The position numbers and the translations under genes were made by a program. From Octopus sinensis (taxonomy: Eukaryota), in the NCBI RefSeq assembly GCF_006345805.1, contig NC_043001.1:64356001-64420000 (forward strand): DNA of 64,000 nucleotides. Direction: 5' to 3'. Position 1 is the stretch's first letter. Each line of letters opens with the position of its first letter. Shown in pieces: positions 26,900 to 38,599 of the stretch. The notes under the pieces were generated by a model. That model searched no databases. It was not told the origin of the DNA and worked only from the letters and a program-made list of their open reading frames with translations.

Positions 26900-27200
26900 T
26901 CATGTGCATATTGACATTGTAGGGCCATTGCCTTGTTTTCAAAAACTGTATGCTTCTTTTGACCAACATGAACCAATTTTCATGCTGGCCTGAAGGCATC
27001 TCTCTCCCAGACACCACAGTGTCTAAAGTACTTGTTTTACATTGCATTTTGTGTTTTGACATGTATGCCAATATCACAACAAATAGAGGAAATAGGTTGG
27101 TGAGAGTGAGCAGAGCATTTACGGAGATGCAGTCAGCAAAGAAAAGGTTTGCAATGAATTGAGTAAAAGTTTTAGAGTGCAAGCAGTTCTCTACTTTTAA
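26900..27200 (-). mobile_element. Possible mariner N-terminal remnant
   Basis: Frame-shifted resemblance to the mariner HTH (...QHENWF...). Confidence 0.35.
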
Positions 27201-27794
27201 GAAGGCATTTTACAATATTGTATTTATGATTTATGACAGTACATAAATATTCTTTCAAAACTTCATCATATTACTAACTCCTGAGTGAAAACAGACCCTG
27301 GTGCCATGATAGTTTTACAGTAGCTCTGCTTCTGTGTTTACTAATACTAGATATTTTTGTGAAAAACACTAGTAAAAATGAAAGTGAAATGAGGATACCA
27401 ACAGCTCACATTTTATTGATGACATTGCTTTATGATTTAATCATTTATAAATGCAGAATTGGCACAATAAACAACTTGATTTTGATCATTTTATTTTGAT
27501 CCAGTGCTAATAGTGAAGATATAAGAGGACACACAAAATATAGAATTAGCATAGCAGCTGTAATATTACAGTAAATGCATTAATACAATATATTTTTAAC
27601 AAATATAGACAACAAAAACAATCACTGTTGCTATATAGATTTTCCTATATCATGCTCATTGTGTTATTGCACTCTAAACCAATTGACATAGCTGGATAGT
27701 TTGATTCATGCAGAAACTAAATGTTTTTAATGACTGATGTGCAGAATACACTGTCTCACTGAATAGATTCTTTTGACGAAAATGCGATGAAAAA

Positions 27795-28276
27795 TTGCAA
27801 GGCTTTATTATAATAAAGCAAATCTGTAAATATATAAGGCAGGATGTGTGTGTGTGTGTACGTGATTGTAGTTTATGCACATCCACAAATGTCGCTCAAA
27901 TTTTAGGAGGACATTCGTCACGACCCTAGCTGTATTTTCGTCAAATTATTTTCCCCTGAGGCACCTGCGAATAGTGGTAAATAATTTTGAGCCATAACTT
28001 TAATTTTCACGGTGGAGAGATCCACTGTAGTGAAGCCATTATTATTTACAAAACATGAGTTAAGTCCCCTTCTAGCGACGGTGTAAAGAGAGAGAGAGAG
28101 ATATAACAGATTTTTAAAATTTCTTTTTAGTGAGTGATTGACAGACAAAAACAGACAGACAGTTGTTGTTATGTATGTATGTATGTGTGAATGGCTTCAG
28201 TCACATACACATACATGCACGAGCATGTATGCGTACAAAACACATGCATGCAATGTGTTTATGTGTGTGTTGACCG

Positions 28277-28307
<31 letters not shown>

Positions 28308-29772
28308 TATATAAACGATATTCTCTGTTTCTCCACAACTAATTTCCAAATTAGCTGTGAATCCATTGCTCTACTCATAGCGATATATTGCTGGTCGTGC
28401 GTGAACATGGGGGATAGCAGAGGTTACCAGAGCAAAAGACCTACGTGTTGACTGTAGACATGCTCCTTCGCAAACGATCAGCTATTATCTTGTAAACAAT
28501 GTTTCGAAACTGTTCATGTTTTCGAATGGAGAGATCTGACTCTCACATCTCTGCAGGAGAAGGTAGGTTTCTCTATTCCTGTTACAAAACTTACATCCGG
28601 GTGCCAAATTTGCTTCAATTGATGGTATTACTTGGGTAGGAGGTGGTGGTGGGACAGGGGCAGGGGCAAAGGCATGCAAAAACATGTATGCAATAGGTGT
28701 ATGTACGTATATATTTCTGTGTGTGTTGCCCATATATATACTTAGTTATGATCTGAACATAACCGCTTCTCACACAGAGGATTGGGGGCCCTTTTGGGTG
28801 TTCTATTTTCCTTGCTGGAAGAGTTCTTAACCCATGGGCAAAGTGGGGTTACATGATGGGTTGGCATATGCAACCTGATCACCTCTGCCGATCAAACTCC
28901 CAACCCATGCGCTCCTGTTGTGACACTGATTCTACAGAACTGGGTTGGGTATGAAAGCCAACTTTAAAGTATAAATATAGATGTTTTTGAATCAGCAAAG
29001 TTTGGTTAAGTCCCATTTAGGGTGAAAAATCAATAAACTGATTCCTTATGGGTTTTTCCATTTAATCAGAATTTTAAAAATTGATAAACCGATTCCTTAT
29101 AGGACTTCCCACTAAAATTGGCTACACCCCATTTTCAACAATAGCGTCTACCAATTTTGATGTATTTTGTTCAAACTTGATGCCAGCATTAACTTAGGAC
29201 TCATGGGATCTTTGAATGCTTTAAGTTCTCCAAAATCGAAAAAAAAAAAGCAATCGATCAGTGGAAAAAAATTAATAAACTGATTCCTTATGGGATTTCC
29301 TAATCAAATTTTCTGCAAAATTTCAGCCTAAAGTTTACCAATTTCAATGAATTTCACTCAAATTTGACGTCGATGTTACTTAGTTTGCTTTGAAATAAAG
29401 AGCTTGATTAGCTTAATAATCTTAACTTAATCCCGAGGAAAGCTGGGCTATACTGCTAGTTCTATATACAATTTGACCACATTTTAACACTTTCTAAATA
29501 ACTAACCCTCAACTATAACGACTGAAAAGTATACTAAAATTTGACACATTTTCAAAAAGCCTGCAACCTGGCCCTGTTAGAAATAAGCTGAGAGTATTAA
29601 CATTAATCTGAAGTACTGCAGAAGTTTTGTCACCCAATAAGTCAAATCACACAGAAGGAATACTAAATACTTATCACAAAATTTTAAAAGAGTAAAACCG
29701 CTACCAATTACTAATACTATGCATAAAACTCCCACTGTAATTTCTACACTCTTTTATTAGAGATTTGCTTCT
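27795..29772 (-). repeat. Unclassified interspersed repeat, copy B (host of a Helitron insertion)
   Basis: Reverse-complement match to 11085-11270 and 12206-12365. Confidence 0.8.
27823..29459 (+). mobile_element. Non-autonomous Helitron (1637 bp)
   Basis: 5' TC, 3' CTAG preceded by a CCC...GGG subterminal hairpin, inserted between A and T with no TSD. The empty site aaagcaaa|ttctatataca is seen on the opposite strand at ~12316-12334. Confidence 0.85.
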
Positions 29773-32700
29773 TTTCCTCATACCTTCAGGAACATTTAAA
29801 AGACAATGCTATAAAAGATGTTAACCCAGAGCTGATAGCAGGCAAACTAATCATTAGCCCAGCAGCCACACCAACCCAGAGCCTGGTGAAAAGCCCAGCA
29901 GCTATGGGGAGTGTTGGGGAAGCAGGCAGATAAAAATTGTCATCCTCTCCCTCTTTCTCAACGTTAAGTAGAATATTTTTCTTTCATCAATGATTAAGTT
30001 AGGCTGTGTAAATGTGCGTGGAATGGAGTCGAAATGGAAACAGGTTTGTTTCCTGGACGACCTCAGGACACAGAATAGATGTGGCTATTGCATTTGAGTC
30101 CAATATGAGCAGACCTCAAGCATTCTCACCTCTTCTGGAAAATTATGAGAAATTTATTTTTTCTAGCCAGGGAAGAGGAGCAGGTATGGCAGTCCTTACC
30201 AGGAAGAGCTTGGACTTACTGGTAAGTACTGTCTTTCTGGACCCAGAAGGTAGGCTGGTCATCCTGGATGTGACCCACATGAGTAAGCAGTCCTTCAGGT
30301 TGGTAGCTGTGTATGCTCCTAACGAGCTTGGGTAGTCGTTTTTTTTCCGAAACCTGGAGCACTTTCTAGTGATGTCAAAAATGGTAGTTCTGGTAGGGGA
30401 TTTTAACACTATCTTCGATACGTGGGTCGATAGTGTTGGCTCAACTGATAGGAAAAGGAATCCTAGCCTCAAGAGTCTACTAGACAGTTTTAATCTAGTA
30501 GACCGTTACCGACTGGATGAGCTGAGCGTTCCACAGTGGACGTGGAGTAAAAACGACGGCTCACACAGATTGTACTTAGGTAGAGTATTCATTAGGGAAA
30601 GAGATAACAATACTTTTAATCATCCACAGTTTTGTATTGTGCCTTACACAGATCACAAACTTGTGATATGTGAGGTACATGTAGATAAATGCCAGAGAAA
30701 GGGACCAGGGTATTGGAAAATGAACAAGTCTATTTTGACATATGAAGCCTTCCGTACCTGGATTAAGGTGTTAGTACAGAAGGCAATATGTGGCCCTATC
30801 ATTAATAATAGTTGGTGGCATGCCCTCAAAAGAGCCATCTGTTTGGTGTCCATCAGATTTAGCAAGCAGCTAAGTTGAGATAGGACTAGATAAGAGGGCG
30901 ATTTAGTTAAGAACTTAGATGAAGCAATAGAATCTGGCTCTGCATCTAGAGTGCAGGTGGCAAGAACAGTCTTGTACCATCACCTCAACTCCAAGCACAA
31001 AGGTTGCAGAGCTAGAGCTAAGCTACATGCAGGGAAACGAGATGGTATTAATGTTGCCGGATGGGCACGTGTGGAGAGTTAGAGAGGTAAAAAGGCCTCT
31101 ATAAAGTCTTTAACTAATGAACAGGGGCACAAGATCTATGGACAGGAGGAGATGCAGAAAGTCTTTCACCAGCATTTCGCCTGGTTGTTTGGTGGGGGCG
31201 GTTCACTTGAGTGTGGGGAGGCCTTAAAGGACATCCTAGCTGGTGGGCTGCGACTCTTGGCATATGAGGCGGAGTGCTGTGAAGGACCGATCACTCCTGT
31301 GGACGTAAGAGAGGTGTTGGCTGAGTGCGCCAGGAAAAAGTTGCCAGGGTTGGATGGTCTGCCCTATGAGTTTTATCGTTGTATGCCGGACTTGTTCGGG
31401 GATATACAGGCAGGCATCTATACAAACTGGCAACAGAATGGGAGGACTCCCAGTTCTGTGAACTGGGGAGTGGTAACCCGAGCATGGGGGATAGTATTAG
31501 CAATTACAGGCCCATAACTCTACTTAATGTAGAGTTAAGGATTTTGGCCAAGGTGTTAGCGAAAAGGTTGACGGCTGTTGTGGAGAAACTTGTAGGGAAA
31601 ACACAGACATGATCAACCCCAGGCAGGTCAATCCAGAATAATCTTCACCTTCTCTGCTACACCTTAAACAGGGTTGGGAAATTAACCGGCAAAAGAAGGG
31701 CAATAATCCATTTAGACCAAAGTAAAGCATTTGATAGGGTAGACCATTGGTACCTGGGAGCAGTCCTCAAAGGGGCTGAGGTGGGCCCTGGGTTTCGAGG
31801 GTGGATCCCCGCTATGTACAGCGGCATCAAGTCCAGTCCAGATAACTGGTTACCTGAAGGAGCCGTTTTCGATCAAGCGCTCAGTTCATCAAGGGTGTCC
31901 CTTGTCTCCGCTTCTGTACGTGTTGGCTCTAGAGTCATTGCTGCGGAAGTTGGGAGGCAATCCTAATGAAATTGGATGTGGTAAGTCTGTTTCTGCTTAT
32001 GTAGATGATGTCACCTTCATCGTGTCCGATGAAGCACAGCTACCTTGTGTAGAAAATGCTCTCCGAGGATATGAAGCAGTGGCAGGGCAAAAGTTAACAA
32101 GGACAAGTCCATTGGTTTGCGCCTTGGCACCTGGAGGAACAAGCCGATATCGTCTAGTGTTGTGGATCACTGGACAGATGGTCCTGTTAAGTTGCTTGGA
32201 GTTTGGTTTGGCCCAGACTCTCTGACAGAGAAGAATTGGAGTGAGGTGGCAGACAAAGTAGAGGCCATAGTATGGAAGTGGTCCGGAAGGGCTATGTCCT
32301 TGAAAGGAAGAAAGGAAGGACAGAGATGGTACAGGTATTTACGGCATCTGTAATTACCGCCTGACCGTTGTCCCTTGCCCCTATGGAATAAGGGCAAGGG
32401 ACAGATGGAAGGGAGGAAAGGCACTCCATTTGCTGCCAGGAACTGTTAAAGAGCAGGTTGGGAATGCCTTAGCTAATGATGCACAGACATGTTGAGGCTG
32501 AGACATCTCTGGTGCCACCTGGAGGGTGATAAGGTGTGGAGTCCACTGGCAGAGGAATTCTTCCCTCGACTGGCTTGTATGGAGAGATTTAAACCCAGCT
32601 TCATAAAAATACAGAATCTGACTTTATGGCAGAAGGAGTGCCGTCAGGCACTGTGGCTGATCCACAAGGCTGGCAGCTGGAATACTACCTCGGTGTTCTA

Positions 32701-33410
32701 TAGAGGGCTGGTAGAGGCAAAAAATAATGACATCCTAGGAGGGGCTCTGGGGTTCAACGAGAACCAACTTGCCAACCTGTTTAAAAAATCTTTCAGGCCT
32801 GGGTACTTGGACAACTACCAAAAATCCCTGACCTGGAAGTGCTACAGGAACGCTTTACCTGTTTGCAATAAGTTATCTAGGCATGGAATGTCAGTGCCAC
32901 CGACGTGTCCAAGATGTGAGCTGGACAATGAAACCGTTCAGCACACTTTTTCACAATGTCGGGAACTGTCAAGCTTGATAAGTTACGTAGAACACATGTT
33001 GTTGCATCTGGGACGAGTACAGCTGTTGGCTGGATCTATAGTAAAGATGATATCACCAACTGGACTCTCAAAGGAAGGTGAGGCTTGTTTTTACTGTACA
33101 GTGGCAGTATTGAAAGAGTGTATGGAGAACTAGAATAGAAGATTTCGTGACAGGGTCCTTCGTCTCTGGCCCGGGTTTGTTAACCTACTTCAGATACCAT
33201 CTGAAGAGCTAGATGGGGTTGGAGAGGAAGACCCTGCTGCTGAGAGAGTATGAAAAATGTTGGAAGGATGTGATGAGAAAGGTGGGTGTCAGTAACCCAG
33301 CTTAATTATTGACGAAAGGAAAAAGTTAGTTGCTGGGCCTTACAGGCTGTCAGGTGTGAAGTTTAAACTGGTTTCTTTTATTTCTTTTATTTTAAAAAAA
33401 AAAGGATTTT
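29770..33410 (+). mobile_element. Degenerate Tx1/L1-clade LINE (ORF1 tail + ORF2 APE-RT-zinc finger)
   Basis: ATG at 29990: MIKLGCVNVRG; VVLVGDFN; GPGYWKMN; PGLDGLPYEFY; NYRPITLLN; LDQSKAFDRV; SPLLYVLALE; AYVDDVT; CPRC...ETVQHTFSQC. Many stops and frameshifts. Confidence 0.9.
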
Positions 33411-33566
33411 GTAAAAGTCAATTAAATCATATATATTATACTAAAATTTTTAAACGTCCATTCGAACTCATCATAACATTTTTGTAATTGTTTTGTCCTG
33501 TAATGTTCCATCCGTGTACTGATTGTATAATCATAATAAAGAATTTACCTCTAGCCAAATAATTAT

Positions 33567-33611
33567 TCTGTGCTGATGAAGGGAAATAACCTGGAAATCC
33601 TGATATGCAGA
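33567..33611 (+). ncRNA. Degenerate minimal type I hammerhead ribozyme motif
   Basis: UCUGUG-CUGAUGA-AGG(GAAAUAA)CCU-G-GAAA-UCCUGA-UA-UGCAGA. Stems I and II are present, with one extra G before GAAA. Confidence 0.45.
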
Positions 33612-33689
33612 TATTGTTTTGATTTGAGTGGGGGTGCTTGTTTGAAAATATAAGGACACAAATCATGTCATTTAGCCAGCTGGAGACAA

Positions 33690-35030
33690 TGTCTCATGGG
33701 GTTAAATTACAATAGGACTGCCATGTTATGTTGGCAAGCAATCTATACTCCTAGAGTAAATTTTGATGAAGCATTGTATGATATTACTCTTGGGCAGAGG
33801 TGAGTATCAGGATGTCATCAATATATCTGGAGATGAAGAAGTCATTGACATGTGCTAAAGATTCAGCAATGTTAACAAGCATACTGAATTTGAAATAGAA
33901 TACCTGGATGAATCTGGAATTGTTCTGACTCCTTGATTTCCAAATCAAGATCACAGAAGAGGATTCCGTCAATACTAACTTTTACAGGAAAGCTGCCAGT
34001 AAGAGCTTTTTTTTACACAATGAGTCAGTCTTACTCACCAGTGCCAAAGCTGCATATGTGTGAAATGAAATCACACCTATAAGTGACATATAGTGACACA
34101 ACTGATAAAGCTTCCAAACTGACAAAGTTTCTTAAGGAATCAAATGATTCTTTAAGAACTTAACACATAAGGCTATCCACCATCTTTAGCCAAATGACTG
34201 CATCTATAAAACACAAAAGTGAGTAAACCACATAAGAGGGCCCATAATCCCAAGTCTAACATATGCTTCCTTAAACTACACTATTTTGATGACAGAACCA
34301 CTACTGCCAAACAATGTGATCTGCAAGAAGGGACTCAACATACAGAGGTGAAACCATCTTTAGCCAGATGACTGCATCTATAAAACATGAAAGTGAGTAA
34401 ACCACATAAGGGGGCCTACAATCCCAAGTCTGATATGTGCTTCCTTAAACTGCCCTATTTTGATGACAGAATTACTACTGCTGTACATTGTGATCTGCAT
34501 GGAGGAACTCAACATAGAGAGATGCACACCAGTCCATCTCTGAGAAAATTTCTGTCAAGGAATAATGCCACAGATAGCATTGTGGGATGCACACTATCCA
34601 ATTTCTCCATCAACAACTTCAAAATGTGCTTGAGGACTTGTGTAGTATATGAGGTTGTCTACAGTAAATGTAGGACATCATGCATTAGGAGCACTACCAG
34701 GAAATTGCACATTTGCATAAAAGGAGATATGCACACAGAAACTTCAATCAAAAAACACCTAAAGAAGTGCGAGATCCAAGATTTCAAAGTAGCCATTAGG
34801 GACTGATTGATGATTCTTTGGGCCTGTAATTAGGTGGTGAAGCCGATACCTATTAGAATTGACTATTATAGATCCCAGGTTAGGAGTGGTTGAGTATGAA
34901 ATTTCAATGGAGGATTTATTAAAAATAAGAGCACTTCCCTGAACTCTCCTGAGGTCAATACAGGGATGATGCTCTTCTTGGGGCCATGACAACATCAAGA
35001 TCATCTATTGAGCATTTCCTGAAAACCCTC
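33690..35030 (+). mobile_element. Degenerate Penelope-like element (RT C-terminal half + GIY-YIG)
   Basis: FEIEYLDE...LLDFQIKI...FYRKAA; LKLPYFDD; CLRTCVVYEVVYSKCRTSCIRSTTRKLHI (eroded GIY-YIG). The YIDD motif lies in an inverted 71-bp block, and there is a 174-bp tandem duplication. Confidence 0.8.
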
Positions 35031-35414
35031 TACAAGTTCTTCAAAAACTATAATTTTCAAAATCTTATCTTGTGATGATTCTTGTACCATTCACTTGAAC
35101 TTTCATTGTTTTCTTTTTGATTATTCTTTTCTTCTTTCTTTTTTTTTTTTTGCATGGAACAATTTATAATAATAGGCAGAAGATTAGGACCATTGATGTA
35201 TTGCTTTTGGTTCTATTTAAAATGAAACTGATCATTGTTTTATAATTCCTAAAACAATTAAAGTAAAAATTATTTGTTTATTAATACCAATAAGAGCAGT
35301 TCTGAAAATATGATATTTGGTAAAACTATTAATTTAAGTTATTTTTTAATTATAAATTAAGAAATTAAAAATACATGAGTGATAACTCAGTTTATATAAT
35401 TTTCATACTTTCAG

Positions 35415-35441
35415 ATCTACATGGATCCAAAAGATTTAAGT
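35415..35441 (+). CDS. HORMAD1: HORMAD 27-nt microexon (IYMDPKDLS)
   Basis: tttcatactttcag|ATC TAC ATG GAT CCA AAA GAT TTA AGT|gtaagt. Phase 0, and it aligns with VYTNPEDPQ. Confidence 0.88.
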
Positions 35442-36719
35442 GTAAGTAAATTTAACTATGATGGAATTTTATAGTTTTTTAATTTACTTTTGCATATTGT
35501 TAATTAATATTTAAGTGTAAGTAGATTTAAGGTATCAAATTGGCAGCCTTATTAGAGTGATGACTAGAATGTTTTACAGCATTTTGTACAATACTTCTCT
35601 TTATGCTTTGAGTTCAAATTCCACCAACATTACCTTTCATACTTTCCACCAAACCACTACCAAGTTGGTTAATGGAATTATATGAGTACCAGATAAAACA
35701 CCTTTTAGTATCTGCTCCAGCTTTTTGATTTTTTAGTTCAAATTTTCCACCTTACTCCAGTAGTAAGGGTACCATGAAGTGCCAACATCTAGTCCATTGT
35801 GAAAGAAGAGACTGCTTTATTGAAACCCAACAAACTCACAAAATTAATTTGGCATAATTTCATGAGCACTCTATGCATCAGGAGGCCGTAGTATGATTTT
35901 TATATTGGTTGTTTTTCAGACAGCATATATATTTATAAATACTTTTTATTTCTTTTAAAATATTGACTTCAAACAAAGACACAATGCCTCAGATTTTTAG
36001 GAATGGATATAATGGATTAGATGGAAACTAGATATGTGCTTATTAAACATGGACAGAGTTCCATATGTATCTTTATTTATAACCCACTTTGTGTTGGTAC
36101 TCCTAACTTGTATGATAATGTAAATTACATTGCACTACTTACAATCTTGTTTATATTTTCTATAAGTAGCTTTAGGCTTCTTAACTTTGTTAGGAGTGAA
36201 TGATCCCTGATGGGTTTTTAATGAAAATTAAATTAGTTGGTTAATTCCTCATTCAAAGCTGCATAGAGCCCCATGGTTTGTGTGATACTTTTCTCAGCAA
36301 CACTGAATATATATTTATTAAATATATGGGCTTGATTCTTTATATAAATTTATTCATAACATATACTGTAGCAACACTTTAGTTTTAAAATATAACTTAA
36401 AAGTTATTCAATAAAAAAATGTTTATGCATAAATGTGTGTGTGTATATATTTTCATGTTATACATAGAAATATTTATGATATCAGAATTTTCAACTCAAG
36501 TAAAATAGAACAAACTACCCAAATCCTTGTTAGAGTATCCCTGTAAATGGAGTCAAGACAGACTAGTTTGTACTGACATCAAGTCATATAAGTTATAATA
36601 ATTAAGTCAAACTTAATAAAAATACTTTGAAAGCATTTGATATTTACATTTAAGGTCTTTGCATAAAGGAAATATGTTTCAAAATATAAAACAACTAATG
36701 GAATTTGTTATAGATCATC

Positions 36720-38200
36720 ATTGTCATCATCATTGTTTAACTCTGCAGAGTGGACTCAGTGCTTTTTACATGGCACTAGCACAGGTGACGTTAGGTTTGG
36801 CATGATTTTTGCAGCTGGATGCCTTTCCAAATGCCAACCACTTTACAGTGTGGACTGGATGCTTTTTACGTGGCACTAGCACTGACAGGGTCACCAAGTA
36901 ATTTGCAAGACTAGGAATTATGAGAGGGCCAGGGGCATTTGAGGAGGGGAACTTGTGTCAAATGATGAAAGGTTAGAGTGTAACAGAGAGGCAGAAATAG
37001 GTGTCTTGCTACAAATGAGGTACATGGTTACCCAGTGAGAGAAAGAAGAGGAAGAGAGAGGGAAGGAGAGAAAGGTACAAGAAAGAGGACTAACAGGTGT
37101 GCTAATGTAAAGGAGAAACTTAGTTACCTAGTCAGAGGAAAAACAAAAGAAGGAGAGAGGGTGATCAAGAATGAGGGCAGAAATAAGGTGTGCTGCTGTA
37201 GAGGGGATACATGGTTTCCCAGCCAGAGGGAAGAAGTAGGGAAAGAGAGAGAGGGGGAGTAGGAAACAGCAAAAGTGTAAGAGAGAGCAGGAAGGAGTTG
37301 GTGAAATGCCAGGGTATACTTACAAGTAACAAGGATCAGAGCATAGATGTGATGGTAATGTAAGGAAGAGAGAGAGAAAAAGGTGGTCAGGTATTGCCAA
37401 GAAGGTGCAAGTAGGGAGTGGGGATTGCAGTGATTGACGAAAACTTGGGTAGAAAAATGGGGTGGGGGAAATAGTGATACAGTGAGCAGGGCAGGAAAGG
37501 GGATTGGTAGACAAATCATAGTTTATAAAGAGGAAATGTGAGGAAGAGAAAGATGCAGTTTAGAAGAGATGTAGTTCAGTTTCTTTGGGTAGGGTGTATG
37601 AAAAGATTGTTGTTGCATGTGGGTGGGACACAACACTTCTAGCTCTCAGTTTTGCTGGCGGGTTTTCTTAGAACCTCATATTGCCAAACATCTCGGTCTA
37701 TTGTCATTTTCCCTGCGAGCTCCAACATCCTGAGATCGATCCTCACCACTTCATCCCATGTCTTCCTGGGTCTCCCTCTTCCACAGTGATTGGTACTCCT
37801 TTATACATCTGTCTTTACTCATACACATCACATGTCCAAACCAATGCATTCTCCTCTCCTGAATGCTATATTTAATCCTTTTTATGCTTATCTTTTCTCT
37901 CAACACAGTTGTGCTTTGTCGGTCATGCATTCTGATGTTGTAAATCCAATGGAGCATACTACCTTCATTCCTCTCCAGTCTGTGCATGTCCTCTGCAGTC
38001 AGAGCCTATGTTGCACTATCATGTAATACAGCTGTTCTCACACAAGCATCATACAATTTACTTTTCACTCTGAGGGAGAGTACTTTTGTTCCTCCATCTT
38101 ATTCTTATTCTAGAAACAATACTTTCAGAGCATTCACCACCATTACTAATTTGGTCACCTAAATAGCAGAAACTATCTACTACCTCAAGAGAGCCTCCTG
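36720..38200 (-). mobile_element. 5'-truncated RTE copy with long 3' UTR
   Basis: MHRLERNEGSMLHWIYNIRMHDRQS...QERRMHWFGHV. UTR motifs are shared with the other RTE tails. Confidence 0.75.
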
Positions 38201-38599
38201 GGCATTTTTGAGAGAGTTTAAGACCCTTGTGCTCTTAGTACTTATTATATATATGTATGTATGGTCAGGGCAGTAGATGTGAGCTAAGTTAGGAGGAGGA
38301 ATAAGTATAGAGAGGGAGAAGGAAGGGCAGAAGAGAGAAGAGGTAAGAAAGGGGATTAGTTGTGTTGGCATGTGTGCATAGAAAAACATGAGAGATAATG
38401 GACTACAGGGAAGAGAATTGAAAGAGTCAAGCAGAAATTGGTTGAGGGAATGGGGAGAAAGAGAATCACATGTCAGATTGTGGTTAGGAATGTTAGTAGT
38501 GAATAGGCTAAAAGGTTGATGTGTATTTGACTTTAAGATATTAGTGGTGTCAAGGTACCATAAACTAAATTCATAATAATAGTGGTAATAATAATTTTG

